DNA from: Euglena gracilis | Lineage: Eukaryota | Length of the DNA: 64,000 nucleotides | NCBI GenBank assembly: GCA_039621445.1 | Contig: CP154954.1 | Span: 23,200,954 to 23,264,953 of the forward strand | Direction of reading: 5' to 3' | Shown here: positions 1-11,718 of the stretch, one piece after another | Numbering within the stretch: the stretch's first letter is position 1 | How the letters are laid out: each line of letters begins with the position of its first letter | Translations under genes and position numbers: made by a program | The notes under the pieces: generated by a model | The model's input: only the letters and a program-made list of their open reading frames with translations | What the model was told of the DNA's origin: nothing | The model's database searches: none

Positions 1-541
1 ATTGAGAGCTTGTTCGCGTTCTCCCGAACATCGAGAAAAATTTTGGTGCATTTTTTGGCTCCTTCCTTCAGCTCGATCTTACAGAACGGACCGCATATCG
101 CGGGGTCGATGTCGCACGCGTATACTGCATTTTCCAGCACACCGTGAAATTCGCGGGTGATCCGCGAACAGAATTCGGCTGACTTGGACGCTGACCTGCA
201 CCCTCGATGACTGCGGAAACCACCAGGGTATCCCCTGGGGCTACCGAGTTTCCTCGGCACCGCGAAATCGGACATTCTGAATGCATCGAAGAAACATACG
301 CGAAAAATGATTTCTTGCAAGGGTGGTAATATTTTACCACAAAAATCGGTACATTAGTGGGCAAATCCCACGAACGAAAACACAGATACGATAGTTGGGT
401 GAACCATTCCGCTTCTGGAATGATGGGTATGAGAATAACAAGGCATTCCATATGTGTTTCGCGTATTCATGCACCGGATTTCCGGGTTTAAGGGAATAAA
501 CACAATGAATGGATCCACAAACACGCGGGCTGTCTTCCACT
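1..541 (-). pseudogene. pol: Gypsy pol fragment (methyltransferase-RT linker region) with internal deletion
   Basis: Closely matches 40215-41020 (VILIPIIPEAEWFTQLSY, PGDTLVVSAVIEGAG). About 250 bp of the methyltransferase core is missing at ~440. Abuts a + strand ORF3 fragment at ~542. Confidence 0.85.
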
Positions 542-1613
542 GCTGAGGAGGAAGCCCCGTCAGCGCCAGACGTGACGGCAGAACGGGCACGTCGGGAAAC
601 CCGACCACCCCCGGTCGCGCCGGTTTAGTCGAATCGTGGTGACGCTGAGCAGGAATTTGCTCGAACGCCCAGCACGGAATCCGTGACTTACCCTGTGATT
701 ATACCAGAAGACCCAGAGTACCCGGATTACTGGGCAACATTCGAATGGCTGTCGGGCACAAAGGGTAAGGGCAAAGGAAAGGGCAAGGGTAAGGGGCAAG
801 GAAAAGGCCAGGAGAAAGGTGGGAACGCGCCACCTGGCAAAGGCGGAAAAGCCGCTTGGCCAGCTCCGTGCAAGGGCGGAAAATCTGCCGGACCCCCAGC
901 AGGAAAAGGCGGAAAAGCCGCTGACCCTTCGAAAACGAAGGACTATGACGTTGCCTCGATGTTCAAGTACCTTGAGGAGATCTGGCCGAACATCGATGAA
1001 GATCTCCAAAAGTTCACAAAAGCAGCCAACGTGATCCACCGACCACCGGATCCGGTGCTCGAAGTGGTGCAGAATCGTATGAGAGATCACTGCAAACTTT
1101 TATTCTACAGTTCCGAACCTCATGCTGTTGAGGGATACCCTCATTCGAATGAAGTTGTCCTGGAGCGGATGCCCGCTTCTTGGGAGCTGTGGTTCTGGTT
1201 GGGATACCCCTGTCAGAATTTCAGCATTTTTACAAACCGAAACGGTCTGACGTATGTCGATTTTATGACTACTTGTGAAGACGACGAAACGCTCGTCGCA
1301 CAGCTGAAGGAAATCTTCACGCACATGTATTCCGTGGGAGCACTGGGAATCTAGTGGAAATATTACGCCCTGCCGGGGAAACTCCAGGCGCAGGCCGCGG
1401 TAATGTTCACGTGCAATCTCCCAGTATACTTGGACAGCATATATGTTAAACTTTTCAAGGCACTGGACGTCGACCTCGCGTACCCCCAGCGGGACAAACT
1501 GGAATGCCAGTTTTGCAAGGAAGTTCATATTGCTGACTTCTGGGGTTTCGGAGAACGCGGAAAACCGCCTCCGACTGCCGAGAATGCCGGCAGGCAGCCG
1601 ACCAGGAGATTCC

Positions 1614-1919
1614 AGTGTACGTCTGATCTTCCCTTTTCCCCAAAAAGCCTCGCTTTCGCCTTGGTGCGGACCTACTTAGGGAAGAGAAAATCAGAGTAAC
1701 GAAAAACCCTTTTCCCAACTTCCCGAGAAGCAAAGCACAGAGAGAGGATGGGAAAGGATAACGGACTATAATAAGTCCGAGGAAGAAAGGGGAAAATAAA
1801 TAATATAAAGAATACCACCTGTGGAGAGAGAAGGGGCACCCATTAGGAGATCCTAATAGGATCTGCTTCCATCCTAACTTCCTCAACGGAAGTGGACAGA
1901 AGCGTACGCCTGGTACACA
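1614..1919 (-). repeat. 3' LTR of element B (306 bp)
   Basis: Direct repeat of 11719-12024. PPT (GGGAGGGGGA on - strand) is adjacent at 1920-1929. Confidence 0.95.
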
Positions 1920-3199
1920 TCCCCCTCCCAGGGCTATGCCCGATTTCCCCTTTGGACCAGGCATTCTGGCCACAGGGATTTCGGACACAGACCTGGTCTG
2001 TGGGAGGTGCACCCTGGCGCATCCACAGGGTCCCTTTCCGTCGCACAGGGGTCCACTCAAAAAGAGGGGGGGGGCGGAAAGGAGGGGGACCCAAAAAGCC
2101 AAAACGCGCAAAACGGTTTCACCTATTTTGCTAGGCTTATGGGTATAGTATATTATAGCCCGCTGGGGAAAATGGGGCTGGCAGGTTTCCTTGCTCAGCA
2201 AACCCATCCACCCAGTTTGGGTGTGCCAAAGGCACTTGGGGTAGGGTCCAGGGCATTCCAGGAAAACCCATGGGGAGGGTGTGGAAGGAGGGGGGGCACC
2301 TGACCAGTCAAACCTGGGCAGGGAGCATGGCCAGTCAAACCTGACCACGCAAAAGGAAAGTCCTACTCTACAAAACCAACTGCCGGCGACAGCATTTTGC
2401 CCCCGGGGGGAAAGTAGAGGAGTGGGTGGTTTGGCTTAGGCCAAGAAAAAGTTGTGCTGTCTGGCAGCCTTAAGGCCTCAAACGGCGAAAAGAAAAGGAA
2501 AAGAAAAGTAGGCCTTCGGCCCTGTGCGCTGTGCGTGTCACGCTCGCGAGAGGGGAGATGGGAGAGGGGTGTGCATGCATGCGCACGGAATCCTGCACCT
2601 GGCAGAATCCCGGGTAGGACTTAATGGCGGATAATACCGCAAAGGGTCTTCGGAATAGCTGCTCGGGCGAATACCCGAACAGGGTAGAGGACAGAAATTC
2701 TGCCCTGAGGAGTGGTATATACCACGGAATCAAGCGAATACCTGATACTCGCTCATCCTAAACGAGGCTGGGCTGAGTCTGCTGACTCAGTGTCCCTTTC
2801 TGCTGCCTGTCAGCAGCCAGCTTCGTCGTCCGTGTCTTCACGGAGCCTGGGCTGGGCAGGGCATTCTGGACCCGGACTGCAGCAGCGTGTCACTGCAGCA
2901 GCCACGGCAGTAATGCTGGTGACCACAGGGCCCAGCGCACGTCCCCGTAATGAGGAGCGTGCTGTGGACTGGCAGGTTCCTCGAGGGTATCGTCGACAAC
3001 CATACCAGCCACATCGGCATGCGTTTCAGCCGTCGGCACAGGCGTTGCAGCCACAGGTATATCCCCTGTGGGGCTTCGTCTGGTCGAGGCTGTACAGAAG
3101 TGGGCAGAGCAGCGTAGAGGATATCCTCCACGTTCTCGCCTTCCTCCTGAGCACATTCTACGTCTCCACCTGTCGGTGGATACCGAGGATCGGAGAAAT

Positions 3200-6195
3200 T
3201 TGCAGCCGGAAATGTGACAGAAATCATGGTTATCATGATTCCCATCGTTTTTTCCGCGACTCACATCGCATATTCGCGTATCTAAAAGAAATTAGCCAGA
3301 AATCTGACGGAAATCATGGTAATCATGATTCCGATCGCGATTTCGGCGATTCAGATCGCGGCATTCGCGAATCTGAAAAATTTTCGCGGGAAATGCAACG
3401 AAATCATGGTAATCATGATTCCGATCGCGATTTCGGCGATTCAGATCGCGGCATTCGCGAATCTGAAAAATTTTCGCAGGAAATGCGACGGGAATCATGG
3501 TAATCATGATTCCGATCGCGATTTCCGCGATTCAGATCGCGACATTCGCGGATCTGAAAAATTTTCGCGGGAAATGCGACGGAAATCATGGTAATCATGA
3601 TTCCGATCGCGATTTCCGCGATTCAGATCGCGACATTCGCGAATCTGAAAAATTTTCGCGGGAAATGCGACGGAAATCATGGTAATCATGATTCCGATCG
3701 CGATTTCCGCGATTCAGGTCGCGACATTCGCGAATCTGAAAAATTTTCGCGGGAAATGCGACGGAAATCATGGTAATCATGATTCCGATCGCGATTTTCG
3801 CGATTCAGATCGCGACATTCGCGGATCTGAAAAATTTTCGCGGGAAATGCGACGGAAATCATGGTAATCATGATTCCGATCGCGATTTCCGCGATTCAGA
3901 TCGCGACATTCGCGAATCTGAAAAATTTTCGCGGGAAATGCGACGGAAATCATGGTAATCATGATTCCGATCGCGATTTCCGCGATTCAGATCGCGACAT
4001 TCGCGAATCTGAAAAATTTTCGCGGGAAATGCGACGGAAATCATGGTAATCATGATTCCGATCGCGATTTCCGCGATTCAGATCGAGACATCTGAAAAAT
4101 TTTCGCGGGAAATGCGACGGAAATCATGGTAATCATGATTCCGATTGCGATTTCCGCGATTCAGATCGCGACCTTCGCGAATCTGAAAAAGTTTCGCTGG
4201 AAATGCGACGGAAATCATGGTAATCATGATTCCGATCGCGATTTCCGCGATTCAGATCGCGACATTCGCGGATCTGAAAAATTTTCGCGGGAAATGCGAC
4301 GGAAATCATGGTAATCATGATTCCGATCGCGATTTCCGCGATTCAGATCGCGACATTCGCGGATCTGAAAAATTTTCGCGGGAAATGCGACGGAAATCAT
4401 GGTAATCATGATTCCGATCGCGATTTCCGCGATTCAGATCGCGACATTCGCGGATCTGAAAAATTTTCGCGGGAAATGCGACGGAAATCATGGTAATCAT
4501 GATTCCGATCGCGATTTCCGCGATTCAGATCGCGACATTCGCGGATCTGAAAAATTTTCGCGGGAAATGCGACGGAAATCATGGTAATCATGATTCCGAT
4601 CGCGATTTCCGCGATTCAGATCGCGACATTCGCGAATCTGAAAAATTTTCGCGGGAAATGCGACGGAAATCATGGTAATCATGATTCCGATCGCGATTTC
4701 CGCGATTCAGATCGCGACATTCGCGAATCTGAAAAATTTTCGCGGGAAATGCGACGGAAATCATGGTAATCATGATTCCGATCGCGATTTCCGCGATTCA
4801 GATCGCGACATTCGCGGATCTGAAAAATTTTCGCGGGAAATGCGACGGAAATCATGGTAATCATGATTTCGATCGCGATTTCCGCGATTCAGATCGCGAC
4901 ATTCGCGAATCTGAAAAATTTTCCCGAAAATGCGACGGAAATCATGGTAATCCTGATTCCGATCGCGATTTCCGCGATTCAGATCGCGACATTCGCGTAT
5001 CTGAAAAATTTTCGCGGGAAATGCGACGGTAATCATGGTAATCATGATTCCGATTGCGATTTCCGCGATTCAGATCGCGACATTCGCGAATCTGAAAAAT
5101 TTTCGCGGGAAATGCGACGGAAATCATGGTAATCATGATTCCGATCGCGATTTCCGCGATTCAGATCGCGACATTCGCGAATCTGAAAAATTTTCGCGGG
5201 AAATGCGACGGAAATCATGGTAATCATGATTCCGATCGCGATTTCCGCGATTCAGATCGCGACATTCGCGAATCGGAAAATTTTCGCGGGAAATGCGACG
5301 GAAATCATGGTAATCATGATTCCGATCGCGATTTCCGCGATTCAGATCGCGACATTCGCGGATCTGAACAATTTTCGCGGGAAATGCGACGGAAATCATG
5401 GTAATCATGATTCCGATCCGATCGCGATTTCCGCGATTCAGATCGCGACATTCGCGAATCTGAAAAATTTTCGCGGGAAATGCGACGGAAATCATGGTAA
5501 TCATGATTCCGATCGCGATTTCCGCGATTCAGATCGCGACATTCGCGATCTGAAAAATTTTTCGCGGGAAATGCGACGGAAATCATGGTAATCATGATTC
5601 CGATCGCGATTTCCGCGATTCAGATCGCGACATTCGCGGATCTGAAAAATTTTCGCGGGAAATGCGACGGAAATCATGGTAATCATGATTCCGATCGCGA
5701 TTTCCGCGATTCAGATCGCGACATTCGCGAATCTGAAAAATTTTCGCGGGAAATGCGACGGAAATCATGGTAATCATGATTCCGATCGCGATTTCCGCGA
5801 TTCAGATCGCGACATTCGCGGATCTGAAAAATTTTTCGCGGGAAATGCGACGGAAATCATGGTAATCATGATTCCGATCGCGATTTCCGCGATTCAGATC
5901 GCGACATTCGCGGATCTGAAAAATTTTCGCGGGAAATGCGACGGAAATCATGGTAATCATGATTCCGATCGCGATTTCCGCGATTCAGATCGCGACATTC
6001 GCGAATCTGAAAAATTTTCGCGGGAAATGCGACGGAAATCATGGTAATCATGATTCCGATCGCGATTTCCGCGATTCAGATCGCGACATTCGCGAATCTG
6101 AAAAATTTTCGCGGGAAATGCGACGGAAATCATGGTAATCATGATTCCGATCGCGATTTCCGCGATTCAGATCGCGACATTCGCGGATCTGAAAA
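3200..6195. repeat. 91-bp tandem repeat array, ~33 units
   Basis: Unit GGAAATCATGGTAATCATGATTCCGATCGCGATTTCCGCGATTCAGATCGCGACATTCGCGAATCTGAAAAATTTTCGCGGGAAATGCGAC. Units are near-identical and more degenerate at the left edge. Confidence 0.98.
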
Positions 6196-6199
6196 AAAA

Positions 6200-7455
6200 A
6201 ATTTTTTCAAGTGTTTTGGCCTGAATGGGTACATACCCATTCCATATCGTTCCAGATGGAGGTGTGGAAGGTGTGTGAAACAAATTTTGCGCTTCCCAAA
6301 CAACAAGGCAACACCTCGTTGTTGGAGTACTTGATGTACGGTTGCGCATTGCAAACCGTAACCAAGTGTTGTTTGTGCGCAAAATCAGGGTTAGTGTCGT
6401 TTTTTGAACTGAACATGCAGAAATGAAACATGGCAAAGCGGAAATTCTCCTTGAGTGCACACATTGGTTGGGAGTGTCAGAGTAGTTGTCCTGGGTGCGC
6501 ATGTCGGTCTGGTGGGGTGTGTGTGTGTAAAAATGGGGATGCGCATTTGTGGCTGCTGGGGGGTGTACAGATGTGTCTGAAATCGACACATCTGGTGGAA
6601 AACGGGGTGTTTGTGCAGCTGGGCGACTACTCGACACCGTACGTACTTCTGGCCCTTGGGCTTTCGTCTTGGAACCCAGTGAAACGTGGGAGGTGTACCG
6701 CTACTCGCTTGCCCTGCCCCCTGGGGAACGAAAGTTGGTGTGCCGTTGGGCAGGGGGGTAACTTTCTCGGTACACCCGGTGTAGAAAACGTTGGTAGGTG
6801 TAGTTGAAAACGGGGTAAAGTTTTGGAAAACGGTGTGGAAAAATTGGTGGTCGTCGCGGTTGACGCCACAGGTGATGGGGGGTTTAGGGGGCCAATGAAG
6901 AGAATGGAGTTGTGTGCAAACAGCAGGAGTGGGTATCCACTGCCAGCTGGTACTGACGTAACAGGGCTATCCCAAACTTACGTCAACACCAAGAATGTTG
7001 TGAAACCGAACCCAGTACCCCGAAAATTTTAGCCAGGTGCGGGTTGTGTATGGTGTTGGGACTGATGGGTAGGACACTGTCCAAAATGCGTCCCAATCAC
7101 CTACACACAAGGGGGGGTGTATAAGAGAAATATTGGGCGTGAAAAATGAATTTTTACACGTTGGGTTAAAAAAATTGTGTAAATTTTGGAAAAGTGTTTC
7201 CGCTTGGAGAGCTCGTTTCGTGGGGTTGGGGACAGTGCAAGGTCGGGCTCAAAATTCGATTTCTTGCCAAGTTCTCCTTGACCCTTTCTGTCTTTGCTCA
7301 ACTTTCCCAGCGGAAATTGGGGAGTGTGGGTGGAGGCCGAAAATTTTCCGGGTACTAACCCAAAAGACTGATGGACAAGAGGGGGGAGGGTTCATGACGT
7401 CCTACCTCCACCTGCTCATCAGCCCAGAGTCTGACCCTTCGGACTTCGGGCTCCC
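6200..7455 (-). pseudogene. pol: Degenerate 5' part of pol (protease/linker) of element B
   Basis: Patchy homology to 41150-42344 (e.g. QCATVHQVLQQRGVALLFG vs QCAEIHRVLQQRGLASLFG). Frameshifted. Ends before the methyltransferase domain. Confidence 0.75.
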
Positions 7456-10400
7456 TCACTCCTGGTCCGAACCGGCCAAATAGCCGGCAGCGGGCCTTTT
7501 GGAGGTATACGCGGAGGTGAACGTGCGCACCGCCATGCGGGGCCCGTTGAAATCCTCGTCCAAAGTCTCATCCCCCTCCCTGCCAGAAGCCGGGGTTTCC
7601 TCCTCCAAACAAGGTAACCTGAAACCGACTTTATGGCGGTTGGAGGAGTGACCGTTGTCACCGCGATTCATACCGCGATGGCGGTGGCTTGGCCGGGGGG
7701 AACGAGACCCTGGGCATAGGGATGAGTGGTGATCACTCAATCCGCACAGTGAACAACGAGATTTGTGACGAGATTCAGAATGGCGGGGTGATCGGTTTCC
7801 CGATTTACCGTCAAACCGCCGTGGTGAACGGGCATTCCGTTGACCAGGACTCGTGTATCGGGGTTCTCCCGATGAAGTTGACGAAGAGGATGATCCGCTT
7901 CGCCAAATGAATCGCGATGCCTCGCGATATGAATCACGCTTCTTGGCAGGGGCACCGGGTGACCTACCCCGAGGGGTACCGTGTTTCCGCTCATCGCGGA
8001 ACGGGAACCGGGGGCTAATACCGCCGGAACGGGGACCCGATGACCGTGAATTGCCCGACTGGCGTGAAAATCCAGAGGAACCCGAACCTCGTGATGATGT
8101 CGATCCTCGCGGACTCAAGATACGCCTTCGCGCATCAGGATTCGGACAATCACGAGACATATGTCCCGGGTTATTGCACAAAAAGCACAATTTGTCCGTG
8201 GATTGATGCGAAGAACGCGTATATCGCGTTTTCGATCCCGTGGTTGGTGGAGTGGGTGAAACCAGTGATTTTTGCACTGCGTTCACCGAACCAGGCGGTA
8301 ATCCAGCGGTTGGGTGTGCGTTATACGCGGATTGAATTTGACCAAGAAGCTGTGATAGCTTCAACTGCTTGGAAACGTAATTCCAGCGTTGGTCAAGAGT
8401 CATTGGATGATCCGCTAGCTCCTCACGATGGATATCCTTGATGAGGCTAGGCGTGAAATGCATGAGAACAGCGTCAAACTGTTCACGCATTTGCTTTTCA
8501 CTCAGCTCATCCACTTCAGAGGCAAGTCCCAACCATTTGGCATACCAAAGGTCAATGGACTTCCACTTGCGGTCGGGTGGGGCGCATTGTCGCCACTTGG
8601 TCTCCAAGGTAATCCTGGCGACCAAACTTGAACTGTTGGAAGCGTATTGCTCCACCAGGTCGTCGAAGGAAATGCGGTAGCGAATCACGAGTTGTCGTGC
8701 GCGCTCCTTCTCATCCCTTGGGAGGCAATCGATGAACTCCATCTTGATCACCTCCGGGTTTGTGTCCTGGGTTGGCCCTTTCAATGCCCAGTAATACTCC
8801 CAGTCCCGGAAAAACTGTCTCCACGTGGTTGGATCACCATCCCACTGGGGTTTCACCTTGTTCGCGATTGCGATGGTGCCCTTGAAGTCTTCCTGAGGAA
8901 CCCAATGACCCTCGGTGGTATTCCGTGGATTCGGGCCCGGGTACTCTCGAGCACCAAGCGTATCCTTTCCGGATTCTTGTTGGAATCGCGAAATTTCTGG
9001 TGAAGGTGAATCCTGGTACCGGAAATCCGGTCGCAAACCCTGTTGGTCACCCGTAATAGGGGGACACTCCGGTGTGGGGGTATGTCGCGCATGCAACATG
9101 TGACCCACTCCCGGTGTACGGGTTTGGCTCATTCCACGCACAAGCCTGGAATGATGGATTTCTTGGTGGAGACTTGGCGGAATCGCCGTGTTTTCCGAAA
9201 ATTCGGTTCCCGTAATGGGAAATTCATCCGAAAACTGGGTTTGGGTTGTGGACAAGGCCAATGGTGGTACAATTCGCGGAATCGCGGATTGTGACAATCG
9301 GGACACGGGTGGTGGTGGTGCATGTGCACCCAGATTCGGGTTGTGGAAACGCGAATCTGGAGCATTTGGCGCATTTTCGGCAATGCATACTGCCGAATCA
9401 CGGTGTGAAACCCGCTGTTGGTTGGACACATTATCCAAACCGACAGACAAGTCATGCACACTTTGCTCCAAATGCTCAACGAGTTGGAGTTGGCCGCAAA
9501 TACAGTCAACTTCATCCTCCAAAGCGCGAATACGCTTGCGGTAACGGGAAAAGTCATCCAGATGCGGAATCCTTTCGGAAATTTCGGTGACATCTCGGAC
9601 TAGTTTCCCGTGAGACTCATCCAATAATTGGAGTTGTCCCATTAATGCTTTCACAGCACTTGAGAGGATCTGCAAAGGTGGTGTCACCTTGGTTGGTGTG
9701 TTAGTGGGTGCAACCGGTGCAGGGTCATCCGACAACGCGGTTGTGGTACCCACGAGCAAATTTCCGGGTTGTGGCTTATCCGACAACGCGGAAATCCGCT
9801 CATCCAACCTGGTAATCTCACCTTGGGTGGATCGGGCATTCCGATTCACCGATTCCTCAAGCCGTAATAGGCTGTTGCAGAATTCCTGCAAGGTTTCCTG
9901 ATTACCAGTGAGCATTTTGTCATAAAATGCCTTGAAATTACAGTTCTCGGTAATCCGAGAACTGGAACTTGCAGGTATAGACTGCATTTCCATTACTTTG
10001 GTAGACACCGATGCATACCGGGTCTGGAGTTCCCCAAAAGCAGTCTGAATACCGCTAATGTCCGGAACTCGGTGGGAAAGTGCGGAAAAGCTCTGTTGCA
10101 AACCCGCAATGGCCGAGTTAATCCCGCCAATGTCGGATTGCAATTGCAACTGCAGGGAATCCTGCCGTTGTGTCATTTCCGCCACTTTCGCGCTCAGATT
10201 TGATAATCCAACCTGATTCGCGTCACAATAGCAGGTTTTCTGCTCCAAACGGGAAAGTCGCTCCTCCAACTGCCGCACATACGTGTGGGGAGCAAAATTC
10301 TCGTTGGCTTGTGACTGCAATTGCCGAAACTTTTCCGTTTCATCGCACAACTGCATAATGCGGTGTTGCGATTCATGGAAAGTTGCGGACAAAGTGGTGA

Positions 10401-11433
10401 AATGGTCCATAGACACAAATCCACCATTGTGGGTTGTTGCAGACGAGGAATCTCGTGCATGCAACTGTTGTTGCAAATGCAACAACGCGGATGAACAGGA
10501 CTCCATTTGTCCCGATAGGTGTTGTAGTGAGTCATGCAAGTGCAGAAACTTGGAGTCATTCCGCGTTTCCGCTTCATGCATGCATTCACTAATTTGCCGG
10601 AAGTTTAGCGGGAGTTGTTGGCACATTCTGTCAAAGGTTTCCCGAAAGGTTGCAAGGTCAATACCCGCACTTTCGAAATTCCTTTGGCAATATTTGCCAA
10701 CTTCCTGCAAGTAATTCCAGCAGTGTTCCAGCTTGGTGAAGACATGTTTCTGGTTGTCCTCATCAAACTGAAGCACTTTGTTCAATGCGGTTGCACACTC
10801 TGCAACGCATTGTTGCACATGGTTGAACTGCCTCACAAGGGGGTGATCCCCTGGAAGCCGAACAACAATATCCTGCACATCCTCAGCAGTGAGGAGTTCA
10901 CTAGTGCCCTTCCCATAGTCATCCATGGGTTGGGATGTACCGGAGAATTCCGGCACCACTAGGCGAGTCTCCGGTTGCCAAGGTAGTGCGGGATAGCACC
11001 CGATATCGGGTGGTGGTGGCAAAGCTCTGTAAGGGCTTGCCGGTGGAAGAGCGGGTGGGGGTTGAAAGAAACACGGCGTTTCTAGCCCACCATCACCAGA
11101 GAAGCCCGGTGGCGGAATCACCACGGGTCTCTCCGGTGTGCGCAGCTGCACCATTGCCGCAGACAGAGGCGAATACCCCCGTTGTGGCAAGGTGAGTGCG
11201 GAAGAGGCCGCATTAGCCTCTGAAGCCGATGATGTGGAGGGCTCATCGCCGACCACTGTCAATGACGACAAGTGTTGCAATTGTGACAATTGAACCAATT
11301 GTGCCTCATCGGCGTGGGAACTGGAAGCACTTTCACATAAAAGCTTCCAATCCCCAGTTTCTTGGTCAATGTCTTGCAATGATGCCTGTAATAAGGCATA
11401 GTTGAATTGATGGTTGGGGCCTGTGCTTTGCAT
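7456..11433 (-). CDS. gag: Gag polyprotein (~1325 aa): long coiled-coil N-half, capsid-like domain, two CCHC zinc knuckles
   Basis: Open ORF. Start MQST is conserved in copies C and D. Contains PQWDGDPTTWRQFFRDWEYYW, CFLCNNPGHMSRDC and CSLCGLSDHHSSLC. Confidence 0.9.
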   Translation of the reverse strand: MQSTGPNHQFNYALLQASLQDIDQETGDWKLLCESASSSHADEAQLVQLSQLQHLSSLTVVGDEPSTSSASEANAASSALTLPQRGYSPLSAAMVQLRTPERPVVIPPPGFSGDGGLETPCFFQPPPALPPASPYRALPPPPDIGCYPALPWQPETRLVVPEFSGTSQPMDDYGKGTSELLTAEDVQDIVVRLPGDHPLVRQFNHVQQCVAECATALNKVLQFDEDNQKHVFTKLEHCWNYLQEVGKYCQRNFESAGIDLATFRETFDRMCQQLPLNFRQISECMHEAETRNDSKFLHLHDSLQHLSGQMESCSSALLHLQQQLHARDSSSATTHNGGFVSMDHFTTLSATFHESQHRIMQLCDETEKFRQLQSQANENFAPHTYVRQLEERLSRLEQKTCYCDANQVGLSNLSAKVAEMTQRQDSLQLQLQSDIGGINSAIAGLQQSFSALSHRVPDISGIQTAFGELQTRYASVSTKVMEMQSIPASSSSRITENCNFKAFYDKMLTGNQETLQEFCNSLLRLEESVNRNARSTQGEITRLDERISALSDKPQPGNLLVGTTTALSDDPAPVAPTNTPTKVTPPLQILSSAVKALMGQLQLLDESHGKLVRDVTEISERIPHLDDFSRYRKRIRALEDEVDCICGQLQLVEHLEQSVHDLSVGLDNVSNQQRVSHRDSAVCIAENAPNAPDSRFHNPNLGAHAPPPPVSRLSQSAIPRIVPPLALSTTQTQFSDEFPITGTEFSENTAIPPSLHQEIHHSRLVRGMSQTRTPGVGHMLHARHTPTPECPPITGDQQGLRPDFRYQDSPSPEISRFQQESGKDTLGAREYPGPNPRNTTEGHWVPQEDFKGTIAIANKVKPQWDGDPTTWRQFFRDWEYYWALKGPTQDTNPEVIKMEFIDCLPRDEKERARQLVIRYRISFDDLVEQYASNSSSLVARITLETKWRQCAPPDRKWKSIDLWYAKWLGLASEVDELSEKQMREQFDAVLMHFTPSLIKDIHREELADHPMTLDQRWNYVSKQLKLSQLLGQIQSAYNAHPTAGLPPGSVNAVQKSLVSPTPPTTGSKTRYTRSSHQSTDKLCFLCNNPGHMSRDCPNPDARRRILSPRGSTSSRGSGSSGFSRQSGNSRSSGPRSGGISPRFPFRDERKHGTPRGRSPGAPAKKRDSYREASRFIWRSGSSSSSTSSGEPRYTSPGQRNARSPRRFDGKSGNRSPRHSESRHKSRCSLCGLSDHHSSLCPGSRSPRPSHRHRGMNRGDNGHSSNRHKVGFRLPCLEEETPASGREGDETLDEDFNGPRMAVRTFTSAYTSKRPAAGYLAGSDQE

Positions 11434-11708
11434 CTTTCTGATGGCAAAAACAGCAAAAACCCACAAAACTAAGCAGTTGTGCTGGCACCAGAGGGGATGT
11501 AACGGGTAATACCGTACAGAGCCTTCCGGAGCCTGCTCGTCTGCTTAGACGTTGACTAGAAGCCGGGAGCTGACGCTGCGACCGTGTAATAACGGTGCAG
11601 GGGCTCTCCGCTGCCAGTCAGCGTAGGATTGTAACCAATCTGCTACCAAGTGTAATACTTGGTAGCGTTTCTTTCTGTATGGGCTGTATGTGTAGGATCG
11701 TGACCTAA

Positions 11709-11718
11709 TCTGCTACCA
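11709..11718 (-). promoter_or_regulatory. Primer-binding site TGGTAGCAGA (likely initiator tRNA-Met)
   Basis: Immediately follows the 5' LTR. Complementary to a tRNA 3' end ...TCTGCTACCA. The same PBS occurs at 13701-13710 and 45741-45750. Confidence 0.85.

Noticed and set aside
3200-6195. CRISPR array or repeat-encoded proteins (many 61-62-aa ORFs)
   Set aside because: Units are contiguous with no unique spacers and no cas genes. The 91-bp period is not a multiple of 3, so the ORFs are artefacts.
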